A stretch of DNA of 64,000 bases from Eukaryota sp. GEM-RC1 (GCA_040285855.1 JAUFOQ010000002.1:1612001-1676000); one strand, 5' to 3'. Shown: positions 1-12,848, counted from the first letter of the stretch. Translations and numbers: made by a program. The notes: generated by a model from the sequence alone, not told the origin.

Positions 1-809
1 TACTATACTAGTAGCTATATTACTTTATAGTCCTAAATCAACCCCATACTCATACATGTATTTAATTCTACACTACATGTAGTAGTTTGGTACTGACATT
101 ATCAAACAACTTATCAGAATAAGGCAGGGAGGACTGATAAATATTTAAATAGATATGATATTGTGATTCGATGAAAATAAATATTTATTCAAACACCATA
201 TTTTGCAATAAATATTGCAATAGTTAAATAAATATGGATCTTAGTTGTGATGCCATTTAGTAAGACAAAAATACTGATTGACACAAACTTACTCATCAAC
301 CGATGTCTACAACTTCACCATCACAGCCTTTAGCTCTTCTTGTGTTAACAATGTATTCACTAGAGGAAAGTCCCAATACTCGCGGTTTTCATGGAGAAAC
401 AGATGTTTATGAAGACTGTCTGGCTTAACAAAAGGACGACGATGGATTTCTAGCTTTAGTTCAGCTTTACTAAACAGTCACGTGGCTCAGTTTCATGGTA
501 AGATTTATGGAAATACATTCCAGATACTTGTTATTTTACCTGTCTTCTTGTTGTTTTTTGCTGACACCGATGTGATATTGAAACAATTGATAAATAATTA
601 ACAACTTAATGTCGCTGAACAACGGCATTTCAGTTCAAATGTGTGTGTATTGTGCTCACCTCTAAGTGTTTGACTTCAATCATATTTATATAAATATTAC
701 AATATCAGGCAATAATTATTACACTTCCGAAACAGTCGAAAATACATATTTTTTGCAATATTTATTAGTCCTCTCTGGAATAAGGTGGGCTAGTATTAGG
801 TTAATTAGA

Positions 810-930
810 GTAGCTCTCGGTGTTTTTTGTGAAGAAAAAGCTGATGTGAGTTTTAATGGCAATGATTGTTGCTTTAATGATATTGAGTTCTAGTATTTGT
901 GTTATCTTAGTGTTTTTGTTTCATAAAGAT
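810..930. repeat. ~120-bp dispersed repeat, copy 1 (other copies ~12630-12726 inverted and ~21803-21930)
   Basis: Shared core CTGATGTGAGTTTTAATGGCAATGA..GTT.CTTTA.TGA.ATTGAGTT.TAGT seen at three loci; boundaries approximate. Confidence 0.8.
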
Positions 931-964
931 ACAGACAAAAAAATCAATTTTTTCTAACAAAAAA

Positions 965-1046
965 TGCACAGGACGAGACTCGAACTCGCGCGGCTCTCGC
1001 CATTGGGACTTGAATCCAACTCCTTAACCAACTCGGACACCTGTGC
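965..1046 (-). tRNA. tRNA-Leu(CAA)
   Basis: Reverse complement GCACAGG...CCTGTGCA folds as a cloverleaf: D arm GTCCGAGTTGGTTAAGGAG, anticodon loop TTCAAGT, long variable arm, T loop GTTCGAG; T-run terminator downstream. Confidence 0.92.
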
Positions 1047-2333
1047 CGCTGAAGTTCATCGCGAAATCCAGACTGCCTTCAGTTCAGTCCTACTAGGTTA
1101 AAGAGAAGAAAAATATTGCCGGCATACATCTTATCTCACATGCCTTCAAGCGGGTATGCTTGACGGCAATGTGAGAAAAGTGTATGGAACTAAAAGTGGA
1201 ATAAGGAAGCACGTAAAAGCCAAACATCTTGAGATTCCCATGATTAAGATCCTTAGGGTTTCTTGTCTTATGTGGTAATTTATCAAGGGAAAGTAAGTTC
1301 ACCATGAAAACACCAGGAAATCCCACTTCGTTTATATATATTATAGTCCAAACCGCCTGCAACATGTCTACCTACAAATTTTGCATTATCAGGTTGAGGA
1401 AGGAAAGTATCAATAAGTCCCTTACAGTCAGTGTTACCTGATGTGCTTCTGAACTCAAACGTTACATCTTCCAATTAGGCTGGTACAAGACGTGAGATTC
1501 ACTCAGCAACTACAAGTCTGAGTCTGAGTCTGGAAGTTCCACAGAATATGACTTGTAATAACGAATTTGTGTGTGGAGAAAAACACACAACAAGAAAGCA
1601 ACAAATAAATACAAACTATTAAACAAATTCTCAAACAAACTACCTACTAGTAATTCCGAAAAGTAGTTACTACCAAACAACATGGACAACACGGAATCAA
1701 CATATCTATACAGAGACCAAAAAATCGAGGAGCAAATGTACTCTTCCAGTACGATCTGATAAACTTCTTGCCAAAGTCTCAACACAAATTTTCAAACAAA
1801 ATTAACAACTCCCTGGTAGAAGAACCGGAATTACCGTGCAGTAATTCGTTGTTTCTAATTGCATTTCGACCACATTTGTAAAAGATGCGTAACTCTTTTC
1901 CAAAGCCAAACTTATACATGGTACTACTTGTTATTCGCTATCGAATGACCGTTGGGCGTCAATTGTTCCAGAAGATGAGCTTGTTGAAGAACAATTATGA
2001 ACCAAAAGTACATCTTCTATATCTAACCGCTTTAAGTATATTGCAATAGATTGACCAATAACCAAAATTAATTGGAAGAGCAAAACCAATACCAATATAT
2101 TCAATATTTTTTATATACCGGTATATGATGCAATACAGTATTTCTTTCCCCTGTCTTCAACTCAATGTTCACCTGTTGAAGAACTGTAAGTGAATGGTAT
2201 TTATTAGGTATCTCTGATTTTGAAAAAAGTAGTTTATAACACTTGGAAATCTTGAGTGCACTCTAAAATCAATAGCCCATTGCTTCAGTACCATTTTGTT
2301 ATGGGTGGGCATAAAGTCAATTTGGTAGGTTAA

Positions 2334-3381
2334 CCCGGTACTAAAAGTTAACTTTGGTGCACCAATTGGTGCACATACTTTGGTTTAACGTTGGTGTGAC
2401 TAATGAAATCAGAGATTAGTTTTCACCCGACTAATGACAGTTTAGTTTAGTTTTCACCCGACTAAGGAAATTAGAATTTAGTTTTCACCCGACTAAAGAC
2501 ATTTAGTGGGGGTTAACTCAAATTAAACTAATTTGTTTTTACATTGTAATGATGAGTCACTAATCTTATAATTTTGAGCTTCTAAATCAGATGTCTTACA
2601 TCTTCTTAACCTCATAACAACTAGTTCAATGAATTCACCATCTTCTATAAAGCCTCGTTTTATTGAGGTTGAGTCTGACACTGAGCCCGATAGCTCTTCT
2701 CTCAAAAAAGCCCCTCAAATTGAATCCAACCTACCTCTGTACCATGTTCAAGTGTTTTTGCTAGTACTGGTAACTTAGTATCGTGTAAGAGAAGTTGTCT
2801 TTCCAACACAAATGTTAGAAGTCAATTGTAGACTTGTGAATATGGACAATATGGAATTCCATTTCCACATTTTCCGTCTAGGTTTCTATTTCTGTTTCCA
2901 TTTCCACTTTTTAATAAAAAAAATTCGTTCCATATTATATATAGTGTGGAAATGGAAGTGGAATTCCAGATTTCGAATTCCACATTCGCAAGTCTACTAG
3001 TAGTCAATTGTTTTTGAAATTGTTTCTGGACGATGGGTATTGAGACGAGGAGATGATCGATATTGTACAATGTTGTTGAAGATGATTGATTATTGGTTTT
3101 AGTGTGATCTTATTAGTTCTTTGAATAACAGATGATTAAGTTTTTGTTTGAAGAAAATTGTAATTACAAATTATACAATTTTAGTTTAACGTACGTTAAT
3201 TCACACTAACTTTTGGTTTAGTGCACCAACATTCAATTTAGTTTAGTTTTCACCCGACTAAAGGAATCTGAATTTGGTTTTCACCCGACTAATTGCTTGT
3301 TAGTTTGGTGTTAGTGCAACTAATGAATTTACCGTTTCACTTTGGTGCGTCATTAGTCCAGTTTAGTTTGACTTTAGTGGG
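2334..3381. mobile_element. Putative piggyBac-like non-autonomous element or MITE cluster with subterminal TTAGTTTTCACCCGACTAA repeats
   Basis: TTAA|CCC at 2330-2336 and GGG|TTAA at 3379-3385 (also 2508-2516). Five copies of a 19-bp hairpin-like motif at ~2416, 2447, 2478, 3243 and 3273. Confidence 0.5.
2828..2997. mobile_element. 170-bp MITE with TIRs
   Basis: TIR GTAGACTTGTGAATATGGA versus reverse complement GTAGACTTGCGAATGTGGA; flanked by a 12-bp direct repeat TAGAAGTCAATT / TAGTAGTCAATT. Confidence 0.75.
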
Positions 3382-3416
3382 TTAAATTTTGCCCACCCCT
3401 ACATTTTGTACTTTCA

Positions 3417-3650
3417 ATGTCTCGATTTGTTTTTCTTGTTCTCTTTGCGTGTCTTTTATCTTCAGCGTCTGCCATCTACTGTTTCGATTGTGATAATTAT
3501 CGCAGGACTAACTGCGGATCCAATGCTCAATGTACTAAGTTTTGCGATCCCCTAAAGTCCAAGTTCATTCCCTCCTCATTCCGCTGTATGTACTGGCCTA
3601 CTACTAGAGGCGAGCTTGGTGGTTGCATGGCGTGTGGTACTCTTCGATAA
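3417..3650 (+). CDS. Small secreted cysteine-rich peptide, paralog 1 (77 aa)
   Basis: Signal peptide MSRFVFLVLFACLLSSASA followed by an 8-Cys mature domain; three paralogs in the window. Confidence 0.85.
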   Translation: MSRFVFLVLFACLLSSASAIYCFDCDNYRRTNCGSNAQCTKFCDPLKSKFIPSSFRCMYWPTTRGELGGCMACGTLR

Positions 3651-4087
3651 ATGTATATTTGTGTTCGTAATCACTGTTATGTTCATTGTGGATGTTGATA
3701 CAATACAGAAGTATTGAGCTCGGATTTCCCTGCAGTTCGTCAGGACTGCTCTATTAATGCCTCGTTTCAATTCATCCGGTTATATAGATATGCTCATCAA
3801 ATAGACTTCGTTGAAGAGCTTCATCTGCACGCAGCTGCATGATTGTACAGTACCTACAATTGTTTAGTTCGTCTTCTTACACCAACTACATAGTAGTAGT
3901 TTTTCTCACTGTTTCTACCAAAATTGTGTCGGTCAAGAATGACCTTCATTTGAGTTTTACTCGGTTGATGTTCCCAAAAGGCATATTTCCATACGTTTCG
4001 TGCGCCATTCGCCTTAGATCCATTGCACACGAAAATTTGGTTAAGGAACAACTGCATCATATACATGTTCAACATTTTGTTCAATCA

Positions 4088-4310
4088 ATGTCTCGATTTG
4101 TTTTTTCTTGTTCTCTTTGCGTGTCTTTTAGCCTCAGCTTCTGCCCATTATTGTTTCGATTGTGATAATTATCGCATGAGCGACTGTCGATACACCGTCG
4201 GATGCACAAAATGGTGTGATTCTCACAAGTCCAAGTTCTTGCCTTTCTCGTTCCGTTGTGTTTACTGGCCTACTACTGGTGGTTGCCTTGCGTGTGGTAC
4301 TCTCCAATAA
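4088..4310 (+). CDS. Small secreted cysteine-rich peptide, paralog 2 (one extra T in a T-run near 4101-4106)
   Basis: Same ATGTCTCGATTTG start and Cys pattern as paralog 1; removing one T restores the frame. Confidence 0.8.
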
Positions 4311-6355
4311 ATGTAACTGATATTTTCAATACTGTGCATAGAAGTATCGAGCTTCACTAAACACGAATCTTCATGCAGAAGAATCGCTACAGTAGTTTGA
4401 ATCCGTAGATGACCTCAATAGACAGGCCTCGATTATCAGCTTTATTTACACGTATGTTATTGCTACAATGATAGACTTATATGATTGACTTTCATTTCTG
4501 AGTCCTCAATCCTGTTTTCTCTCACCCAAACGTCTCTAGCACCACTAGAAGTGATTGTGTCCAACTTTAATCTCCATCTACTATCCTGTCAGATCTTAAT
4601 ACAGAAATATCACATACACCCCATCAATATCTGTCAATTCTCTCGGTTCTCCATTTTGTTTTCGTATTCTTGTGTCTATTATTAAGTATGTCGATACGCT
4701 TAGTTAGTTGCTGTCCTCTTTGGATGGCTGAATTTCTTATTACATTTGGCTATATCAATTGATGAGTGTAAATTCTGCGGACGACATACACCTTTCAATG
4801 TCGGGATCTGGAAATCCTGTTCCATGTCATTTAACTCAGAACCAGCACTCCAATCTATAAGTTGGGATTGGAAAAGAAGTAAAAAATAGGATAATATGGC
4901 TTTCCTTTTATTTGATATTCGAATAATAACCATGCCCAAAAAATCTGAATTTGTATAAGCAAATACAAAACACTTAGACTAAATCGAAGATTATGTTTTG
5001 AGACACTAGCTTTCACAATCAAAAGAGTAAAGTTCCTCAACTAAACGAGAGAAATAGAAAGGGATATTTCGGAAAATGGAAAGCACAACACGGTTTTTCC
5101 ATTGAGACAGTATAAACTTTAAACTTATGAGCACGTTTCTTTCCTTTACATACCACTTCAAAAACCTTGAAAAATAGTTCCTGTGTAGGACTAATCGATC
5201 CAAAAAGAGAGAAACAGAAAAAGGATGAACCATAAATTAGAAATATATTTAAGGAATATCTTCATACATAATCATATCCACATTATAAGAATCAAATATA
5301 ATCACACATCCACACAACCTTTTTCCACACCTAATGACTTCTAAAGAAGACTTAATCGATAATGAGTTGAGACATCTTAAAATATGACATGTGCTTTAAA
5401 CATGGAATAACAAGAATCACAAACATTATCATGAATAACTAAACGGAAATTGAATCAAATAATTATTATTGAGGTAACTTAAATTTTTACAACAATATTT
5501 CTTATACTATACTCCAATTTACTTAATACTAGCCTATACAAAACCATTACTAGCCCACTCCGTCTGACTAGTATTAGAATACGTGCGAGAATACCGTATT
5601 CTTACATAAACACGTGTTGCATTTCTTTTATCATATGGTTCATTACATTGAAACATTACACTGATGCTTTAAATGAGTTTTATGATTACAAGAACAAACG
5701 TAGCTTTTTCAAAAAACAATCATCATGGTAAGAAATGGAGAAATGTTCACCCAAATCTTTGTGGGAAAAAAATGGCTCACGAGATGGTGTTCTTCGTTCA
5801 GTACCAATCAAAATTGTAAGTCAATCAGCTGTCGAGAGAAATTCGATTGTGCACTCATCATTAAAACCAAGAAACGCAATAGGATGAAAGCTTCACTCCT
5901 GCATGATTTGGTATTTCTTTACGCCAATCAAAGACGATTATGAAAATCGCTGAAAAAGATCTTGTGATACCCTGGGTAATTGATCAGTTTATTGCTGAAC
6001 CTCAAGATTAGGACCATGACATTCTTAAAGATGAACCAGAAGACCATATTGTTGTGAATCCCTACCTTAATGAAGAGTTGTAGTTTTTGTTTCATCAATA
6101 GTATATTATAATATAATATAGGTGCTGGTCAACAGAAAAGAAAAGAGTTAAAAAGAAGAATTTATGCGACTAAATCTTAACCTCATTATGAGACTCACTC
6201 CTTTGTTTCCTTAGGCTACCTACAGGGTGTAAGAGACAAGTAGTGGCATCTGAAACGAATACGTTGGAATACAGTAAAATGAAGCCGCACGTATTCCACA
6301 CGTGTGCGTATGGAGTCCGTTACTGAACGTACCGCATTTCGAACTTTTCCCTTCA

Positions 6356-6589
6356 ATGTCTCGATTTGTTTTTATTGTTCTCTTTGCGTGTCTGTTAGCC
6401 TCGGCTTCTGCTCGTTATTGTTTCGATTGTTCTAGGGATCCTAATTTCAACTGTCGGTTCAGCGCCCAGTGTACTAAATTCTGTGAATCCAAACAGTCCC
6501 AGTTTGTTCCCAACTCGTCTCGCTGTGTTTATTGGCCTACTAGTAGCATCGAGCCTGGTGGTTGTATGACTTGCGGTACTCTCCGATAA
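6356..6589 (+). CDS. Small secreted cysteine-rich peptide, paralog 3 (77 aa)
   Basis: MSRFVFIVLFACLLASASA plus the same 8-Cys pattern ending CMTCGTLR. Confidence 0.85.
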   Translation: MSRFVFIVLFACLLASASARYCFDCSRDPNFNCRFSAQCTKFCESKQSQFVPNSSRCVYWPTSSIEPGGCMTCGTLR

Positions 6590-8515
6590 ATGTCAATAAA
6601 TTGTGTTCATTCCTATTGAAGGGTCTCCATTTCTGTTCTAAAAAACTGTCATGTTCAGTATTGTCTAGAAGTACGGAGCTTCGAACAATCACGGTGTCAA
6701 TTCAACTCATTAAGATCCTAGAGTTTGAACAAAGTACTAGTACAGTGTCAATCACAAAATGTCCTCAACAAACAGACCTCGATTAAGAGCTTTATCTGCA
6801 CGCAGCTGCATGATTGTACAGTGCATTATTGCCACAATGATGGGGTTCATCTTCTTGTACATCGTGTTTCTTGCTGTTTCTGATAAGAAGACATGATTCT
6901 CTATCAGTTTTCTGTCCTCAATCCCGTCTTCTCGCACCACCGTCTTCTCGTATAGCACCACTAGAATTGATTATGCCCAACCTCTTGACGGTTTCCAGTC
7001 TCTATCTTCTATCCTCTCAGATCTCAACACTGGAATTCCACACATACTCCATCACGGTCTGTTGATTCTCTTAGTTCTGTTTTATGTTGCCATGTACTTG
7101 TGACTATTCAGTATTGTATTAGTTAGTAGCGGTCACTTTTTGATAGCTGAATGTCCTAATATCTTTGGCTAAATCAATTGATGTATGTGAATATGACTGG
7201 AATCGGAGTATATACAACAAAAAATAAAAACTAGAACAAGAACATATACAAGTACACGTAAGTATAAACTGTTTTCAAAACGTCACGAGTCCATATCAGA
7301 CACATCACTCTGGATGTAGGTGATGTCAATTTCAGGAAACATTGAATACATGTTTATGAAAGTCGATTGTGATATAGGGTTTAACTGTGGTGTCCGGCTA
7401 TTCCGGAGGGATGTAGAGGAAAAACTACACTGTGATGAAGCAAGACTTGAAGGGAAGTCACGACAACGACAAACACTCATCTTTTGAGAACACAAATCAG
7501 GAGAAAATTGCACAATGAATGATAAGAAGATCACAGAAATGTTGGAGTTCCCAGGACTTTTGAAGAAATGACGTTTACATTATGAGTTTACCTCAACTAA
7601 CGTTGCACATTATACATGACCATCTTCAGCAGTCATACTCATTGCGCATTACATTGTTAGTATTCAATAGATTCTAATGATGAATGGAAAAATATTGTTT
7701 ATTTCTATAAACTTACACTAAAGAAAATACAATAGACAGATAAACCTACCCCATCACACAACCTTCACCACCAGCAAACAAACTTTTCAAGATATCATCA
7801 AAGTAATTGTTCATAGAACGAAATAGAGCAAAAACTAGCCGATCTCTCGAAAACCACTGTTGATATAATTCCACAATTGTAGTGGCGAGAATTGTTGCCT
7901 TAAAATGTACCAGTCGAATGAGCATCTCTCAATTGTGTTTGGAGGAAACAGTCGGATTTTTCTTCAGAATTTCGTTTCTTAATATATACCAATGACTGTG
8001 CAAAATGAACAATTATTTGTCCAAATTGAACACTTATATCGGTTGGAAACAAACTTTATCAGTGTTGTAAATTTAACTACTAGACACAGTCAGAACACAT
8101 TAGATCTTTATAAAATCGATCCAAATCGCCTTCTACGGTCAATATGCTGTTTTCAATTGTAACAGTGATCATTACAAACTAGAAGAAGTTACATACTAGC
8201 ACATATACTACTAGGACTTTCTGAACAACGGAAAAAATAATGTTTGTTAAAATAGAAAAATCAAAGTGTATTGGAAGCACCACCATGACTTCTAGAAAAT
8301 AACCAAGATCCACCATGCAACTCAGAAACTTCAATAAACAACTCAAAAGGGAGTAAATTTCAAAACACAATCAAAATTGACCTGGAAGCAAAAGCATAAA
8401 CAGTCCCAATAAAAGAGATCAAAAACAGGAACAAAAAGCAGGTCAGAAGTAAAGATCAAAACTAATCATACCACAAGACCTGACAATAACCCCCAATAAA
8501 TACTATAATACACAA

Positions 8516-10095
8516 CTAATCCCTTAGACTTTCAACAGACTTCCGTAGACTTTTGGTATGTTCATCCAACACCAGTGACTGTGATATGAGATCCTCAACG
8601 TCATCAATTGAGATTGAATCAGAATTACGTTGTATGGAGTCCTTCATCAGGCCATTCAGATACTGAATTTGAGTCCTGTGCTTTTGGGACAGTTCCTGAA
8701 GTTCTGCTATATGAACGTCATCTTTCTTGGCAAGTGATTGAGAGAGCTCAGTGAGGCGACTCTCAAGGTCATGATTTTTCTGAGAGAGATCAGCGTTTTG
8801 ACTCAGAAATGGCTCAAATTTATCTTGTATTGAGCTCACAACTGATTGACAGTAGAGATCAAGTTCAGCGACTTCTGATGACAGACAAGATCGTAGTAGA
8901 ATGTGAGTTCGTTTCAAATTATCCATATTACTTTTTAACAAACGACCACGTTGTTGAAACCGAATCACCGATTCTTGGAGAGAAGAAACTTCCTGAATGA
9001 GAGTCGACTGATCAGAGGAAAGTGATTCTAATTGTGATCTGTGATTACTTTCAATTTTGGAAAGTGTATCTTTTTGGATTTTGTAACACCTTTCCTCCGC
9101 TTCTTTAACAGCGTTGTTAACGATATTCTCGTGTTCACTAACAGAAATTGAATTGGTGATTGTTGACGTTAGGTTATTAACAGATTCCTTGAGTGATTCA
9201 ATGAGCTCACCTTGCCGATTAGTATCGAACTGTGATTTCAAACCTTCCATTTCCGATTTTAAACCCTGTAAAGCCTCTGAATCAGTCGTCACGGGGTAAC
9301 GACGTTTTAGTCGATGGATTTCCCTCACGTGATTGTCATTCTCTGATTTTAAGGTCGTCTCTCTTCGTTTGAGATCTTCTAATTCAGATGCTAGGGAAGT
9401 TGCTTTTCCCTTACAATGAAATAGACATTCTTCAAGATTATGGATTCGAGTTCTAGACTTTTTTAAAATATTTTCAAATGATTGTTGTCTGCTTTGAGTT
9501 TCTTGTTCTAAAACTTTACACTTGTTGGACAACAAACTGATTTCATTCTCATAATGTGAGGTCAATCCTTGGTTCTTTGCCAACAATTGACGTGCCTTCT
9601 CCAACTTTGTACTTAGGGTAGTATTTCTCTTCTTTTCATCAGACAGTATTGAGACTTTCCTTTCCAGTGATTGATTTGACTTACGTTCTTTTCTAAACTA
9701 GCTTTTAATGATGCAATTTGAGTCTGAGCAGATTTCAAGAGAGATTTTGATGACTCAAGTGAAGTTCGAAGAGTTTCGGAATCAGCAGTTTCAGGAGAAA
9801 AAGAGTGCATGAGAACATGTTTATCAGATAATTGTGCTTGAGCTGATGCCAGCTGTTCACGTAATTGAAGAATAGTTTTTGACTGATCAGAGCAGAGGCA
9901 TTCATTTGCAACTTCCATGATTCGGTCAAGAGCATGAGAAACAGTATCAGGTGATTTCAATAAAGTGTTTGTGAAGCGGTCTTTAAGAATTTTAGAGATG
10001 GTATCATGAAAAAGACAGCGAATTTGCATAAGGCGTTCATCATACGACTGTCGGACACAGTGAAGATGGTTGTTGAATGAATCCGATTGATCCAT
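8516..10095 (-). CDS. Long coiled-coil protein (two ORFs joined by a probable frameshift near 9660)
   Basis: 186-aa and 362-aa ORFs rich in E/K/Q/L/S heptads; the alternate frame reads KVSILSDEKKRNTTLSTKLEK through the junction; first ATG at 10095. Confidence 0.65.
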
Positions 10096-10174
10096 TCTGG
10101 GTGAGACCTCGAAAATTGAACTTTCAACAGAGTGAGAAAGCTGGGTTTTCCTCTTTTCTTCAAACTCTGTCAAA

Positions 10175-10698
10175 ATGGTGTGTTTCCTTTTGTATTCTTA
10201 TCAAAGGTCCGCATGTCTACTTTGAATGACGCGCTCAACTCCATTCTTAATGCCGAGCGCAAAGGCAAACGCCAGGTGATGATCCGCCCCGTTTCCTCTG
10301 TAATCATTAGATTCTTGCGCCAGATGCAAAAGCACGGTATGATTATTTTTCCTTCTTGTGTCTTGCTTGGGAAACTACTTTTGTAGCACTCTCTTGCATT
10401 ATGCTGATCAATGTCTTTTTCAGCTTACTTATCTTAGGTTATATTGGTGAGTTCGAAATTGTCGATGATCGCCGATCCGGTAAATGCGTCGTCGAACTTG
10501 TTGGACGTGTCAACAAATGTGCCGTTATCTCCCCCCGTTTCGATATCAAAGTAGACGAAATCGAACAATACGTTACCAGACTTCTCCCCTCAAGACTTTT
10601 TTGGAAAAATTATCCTAACCACATCTTATGGAATTATGGATCATGAAGAAGCCCGTCGTAAGCATACCGGAGGTAAGATCTTAGGTTATTTCTTCTAA
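10175..10698 (+). CDS. RPS15A: 40S ribosomal protein S15a (uS8); introns 10178-10206 and 10337-10437; +1 T error near 10600
   Basis: Spliced product [29 protein letters not shown]...[17 protein letters not shown]...[36 protein letters not shown]. Confidence 0.97.
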
Positions 10699-10772
10699 TT
10701 TTATTTGTTTTTGAACAAAACCGATCTAAAACGATAAATAGCATAATTTTTCTTTCTTTCAGTTCATGAATT

Positions 10773-11348
10773 ATGAAACAGTATCCACAACGCTTCTATG
10801 AAAATGCAAAGTCTTGGCAAACACTCTACAAACAGCTTATATCGATTCTGCCCCAAGTTGTAGCATGCTTCGACCGCTTCTTAGCTGCTGACGATTATCA
10901 TTCCTTCATTCCATTCTCACAGGATGCTCCTCTGTTTTCTACACCTATGCAGAGTGTTGTTGTCTGCCTACTTTCTACCAAACTAGATTCTTTGACAAAT
11001 ATCTGTGCCACTTCTTCAGATGTTGTTGTATCAACGTTTTCTTTACTCAATTCCTTTACTAGTGACATGTCAGTCTATAATTTTAATTCCAACAATATTA
11101 CTGCTGTTTCCCATATACTCCAGTCATGTCATGACATTTGTCTTTCTGTCCTGTTAATGTTCGATCAATCCGTTAAGCTTATGAGCCAAATACATTGTTG
11201 TGATGTTTCTTTCACTAGTATTACTGCATTGAAAACAATTGTTGTGGAACTGTTAACTCTCAATGATGGATCTATTGATAGTCTACTTCAGGAATATCTG
11301 CTCAGACTTAAGAGCTACACAACTGCCATGGAATCATTAGACCTTTGA
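10773..11348 (+). CDS. Hypothetical protein (191 aa)
   Basis: ATG-initiated open frame directly after RPS15A; no recognised motif; an upstream exon is possible. Confidence 0.55.
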   Translation: MKQYPQRFYENAKSWQTLYKQLISILPQVVACFDRFLAADDYHSFIPFSQDAPLFSTPMQSVVVCLLSTKLDSLTNICATSSDVVVSTFSLLNSFTSDMSVYNFNSNNITAVSHILQSCHDICLSVLLMFDQSVKLMSQIHCCDVSFTSITALKTIVVELLTLNDGSIDSLLQEYLLRLKSYTTAMESLDL

Positions 11349-12776
11349 TTTTGATACACTGACGCTTCTTAAGTGCATCAGAGTAGTTCTCTGATTAACA
11401 CCATCTCTAGTATTTGCCAATTGTAGTATTTACCGGTATACTACGTGTAGTGATTTGCTCCGCTTTGACAATCACTTTGACAATTTCCAAAAAAAACAGT
11501 TGAAAAGACTAAAAGTATTCTTGCATTTGTAGAAGGAGGAGCAGCTTTGATAGATTTGTTCTGTGACCTTGGAGTCAAGTAATATATCCAACAATCTTTT
11601 CAAGTGTCAACAACTTCAGTTCACTGTAGATATCTATCAAAGATTCCGTTTGACCTGCGAACAAGAGTTGTAGTGTACAATGCCTCCAATTGACTTCTCT
11701 CTCAATGTCTTCTTCAAATCAACCTTTGAATGAGTATACAGTTTCAAACACTTTTGATTTAGAGGACATGCTTAGTGATGTGTCAAGTACATTGGATGAG
11801 TCTGCATTTGTCTACTTGAAAATCAAAAGCTATGATTGCCACACAGTGGACTGTTCAACCAACAGAGCTGTTCGTCCACAAAGTACCACATTTCTCAGAA
11901 AGCAGAACAGTGGCTTGTTTAATGCTGTTCAAAAAGGGAAACTTTGGTATTTTCAAGATCATCTTTATGATGTGTTTCATACGTTGCCTAAGTCTCAAAA
12001 ACAACGTTGTACTGATAAGATTCTTCTCAATTTGAATGGATACAGTCAATTGTCAGTACAAAAGTTGAAATATCTGATTGCATCTTCTATTCTAGAATCA
12101 TGACTCGTAGTCTTTTTTTTCCTAGTTAGTTCATCTTAATACAGTACGAATTATCCTCATTTGTCAATGTCAATCAATTGCATTTTATCTAGACAAACAC
12201 ATCTGTTCTTCAACTTTCAAAAATGATAATAATCTACAATCGATAAAACGGAGATACAATATCGTGCTTGAAACGTAGACACTCTTAAATACCTTTAACT
12301 GAGCAGCTTTTTTTAAATGACCTTTGTTAATTCGGTTCTCACTTCCTGCAACGTACATTATAGTATAAGTCCTTTTCAACTACAGTATAATCTCTCCGAT
12401 TGAACACTCTCTCTAATTGAAAAAAAAATCCCATGCATCCTAGTTATTTAATACCAAATTGAATTTGAAACAAATGTTTACAGAAATCTCACCATTTTCT
12501 AGTAGATGTTCAATCCTCCTCAATAATAGGATTGTTTGGCTATGAACTCAATGATGTTGAAGTATACCTCAACATGGAGTGTATGATTTCTCTTTCTTTT
12601 CAGTCACCACAATTTGTTTAGTCAAGTTTAAGATAAGTGCAAAAACTAGAACTCAATGTCATTAAAGCAACATTCATTGCCATTAAAACTCACATCAGCT
12701 TTTTCGTCATAAAAATTACTGAGAACAAAAAAATACCTTTGTGATTGTATTCATTTGTCATAATTGGAAAAAGTTT

Positions 12777-12848
12777 CTCGGTCACGGGGAATCGAACCCC
12801 GGCCTCCCGCGTGACAGGCGGGGATACTCGCCACTATACTATGACCGA
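12777..12848 (-). tRNA. tRNA-Asp(GTC)
   Basis: Reverse complement TCGGTCATAGTATAGTGGCGAGTATCCCCGCCTGTCACGCGGGAGGCCGGGGTTCGATTCCCCGTGACCGAG is a canonical 72-nt cloverleaf. Confidence 0.95.

Noticed and set aside
1093..2060. Short ORFs that may be decayed transposase fragments
   Set aside because: No diagnostic motif or element ends could be identified.
2410..2500. Three 19-bp palindromic repeats with ~12-nt gaps resembling a mini-CRISPR
   Set aside because: The spacers are too short and similar to each other, the motif recurs at 3243-3291 near TTAA/CCC ends, and no cas genes are present; better explained as transposon subterminal repeats.
5553..6320. Possible TIR pair (ACTCC...GAATACGTGCG) around a degenerate region
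   Set aside because: The match is short and interrupted and no TSD was found.
11690..12103. 137-aa ORF, possible integrase-like remnant
   Set aside because: Only vague similarity and no catalytic motifs; cannot support a call.
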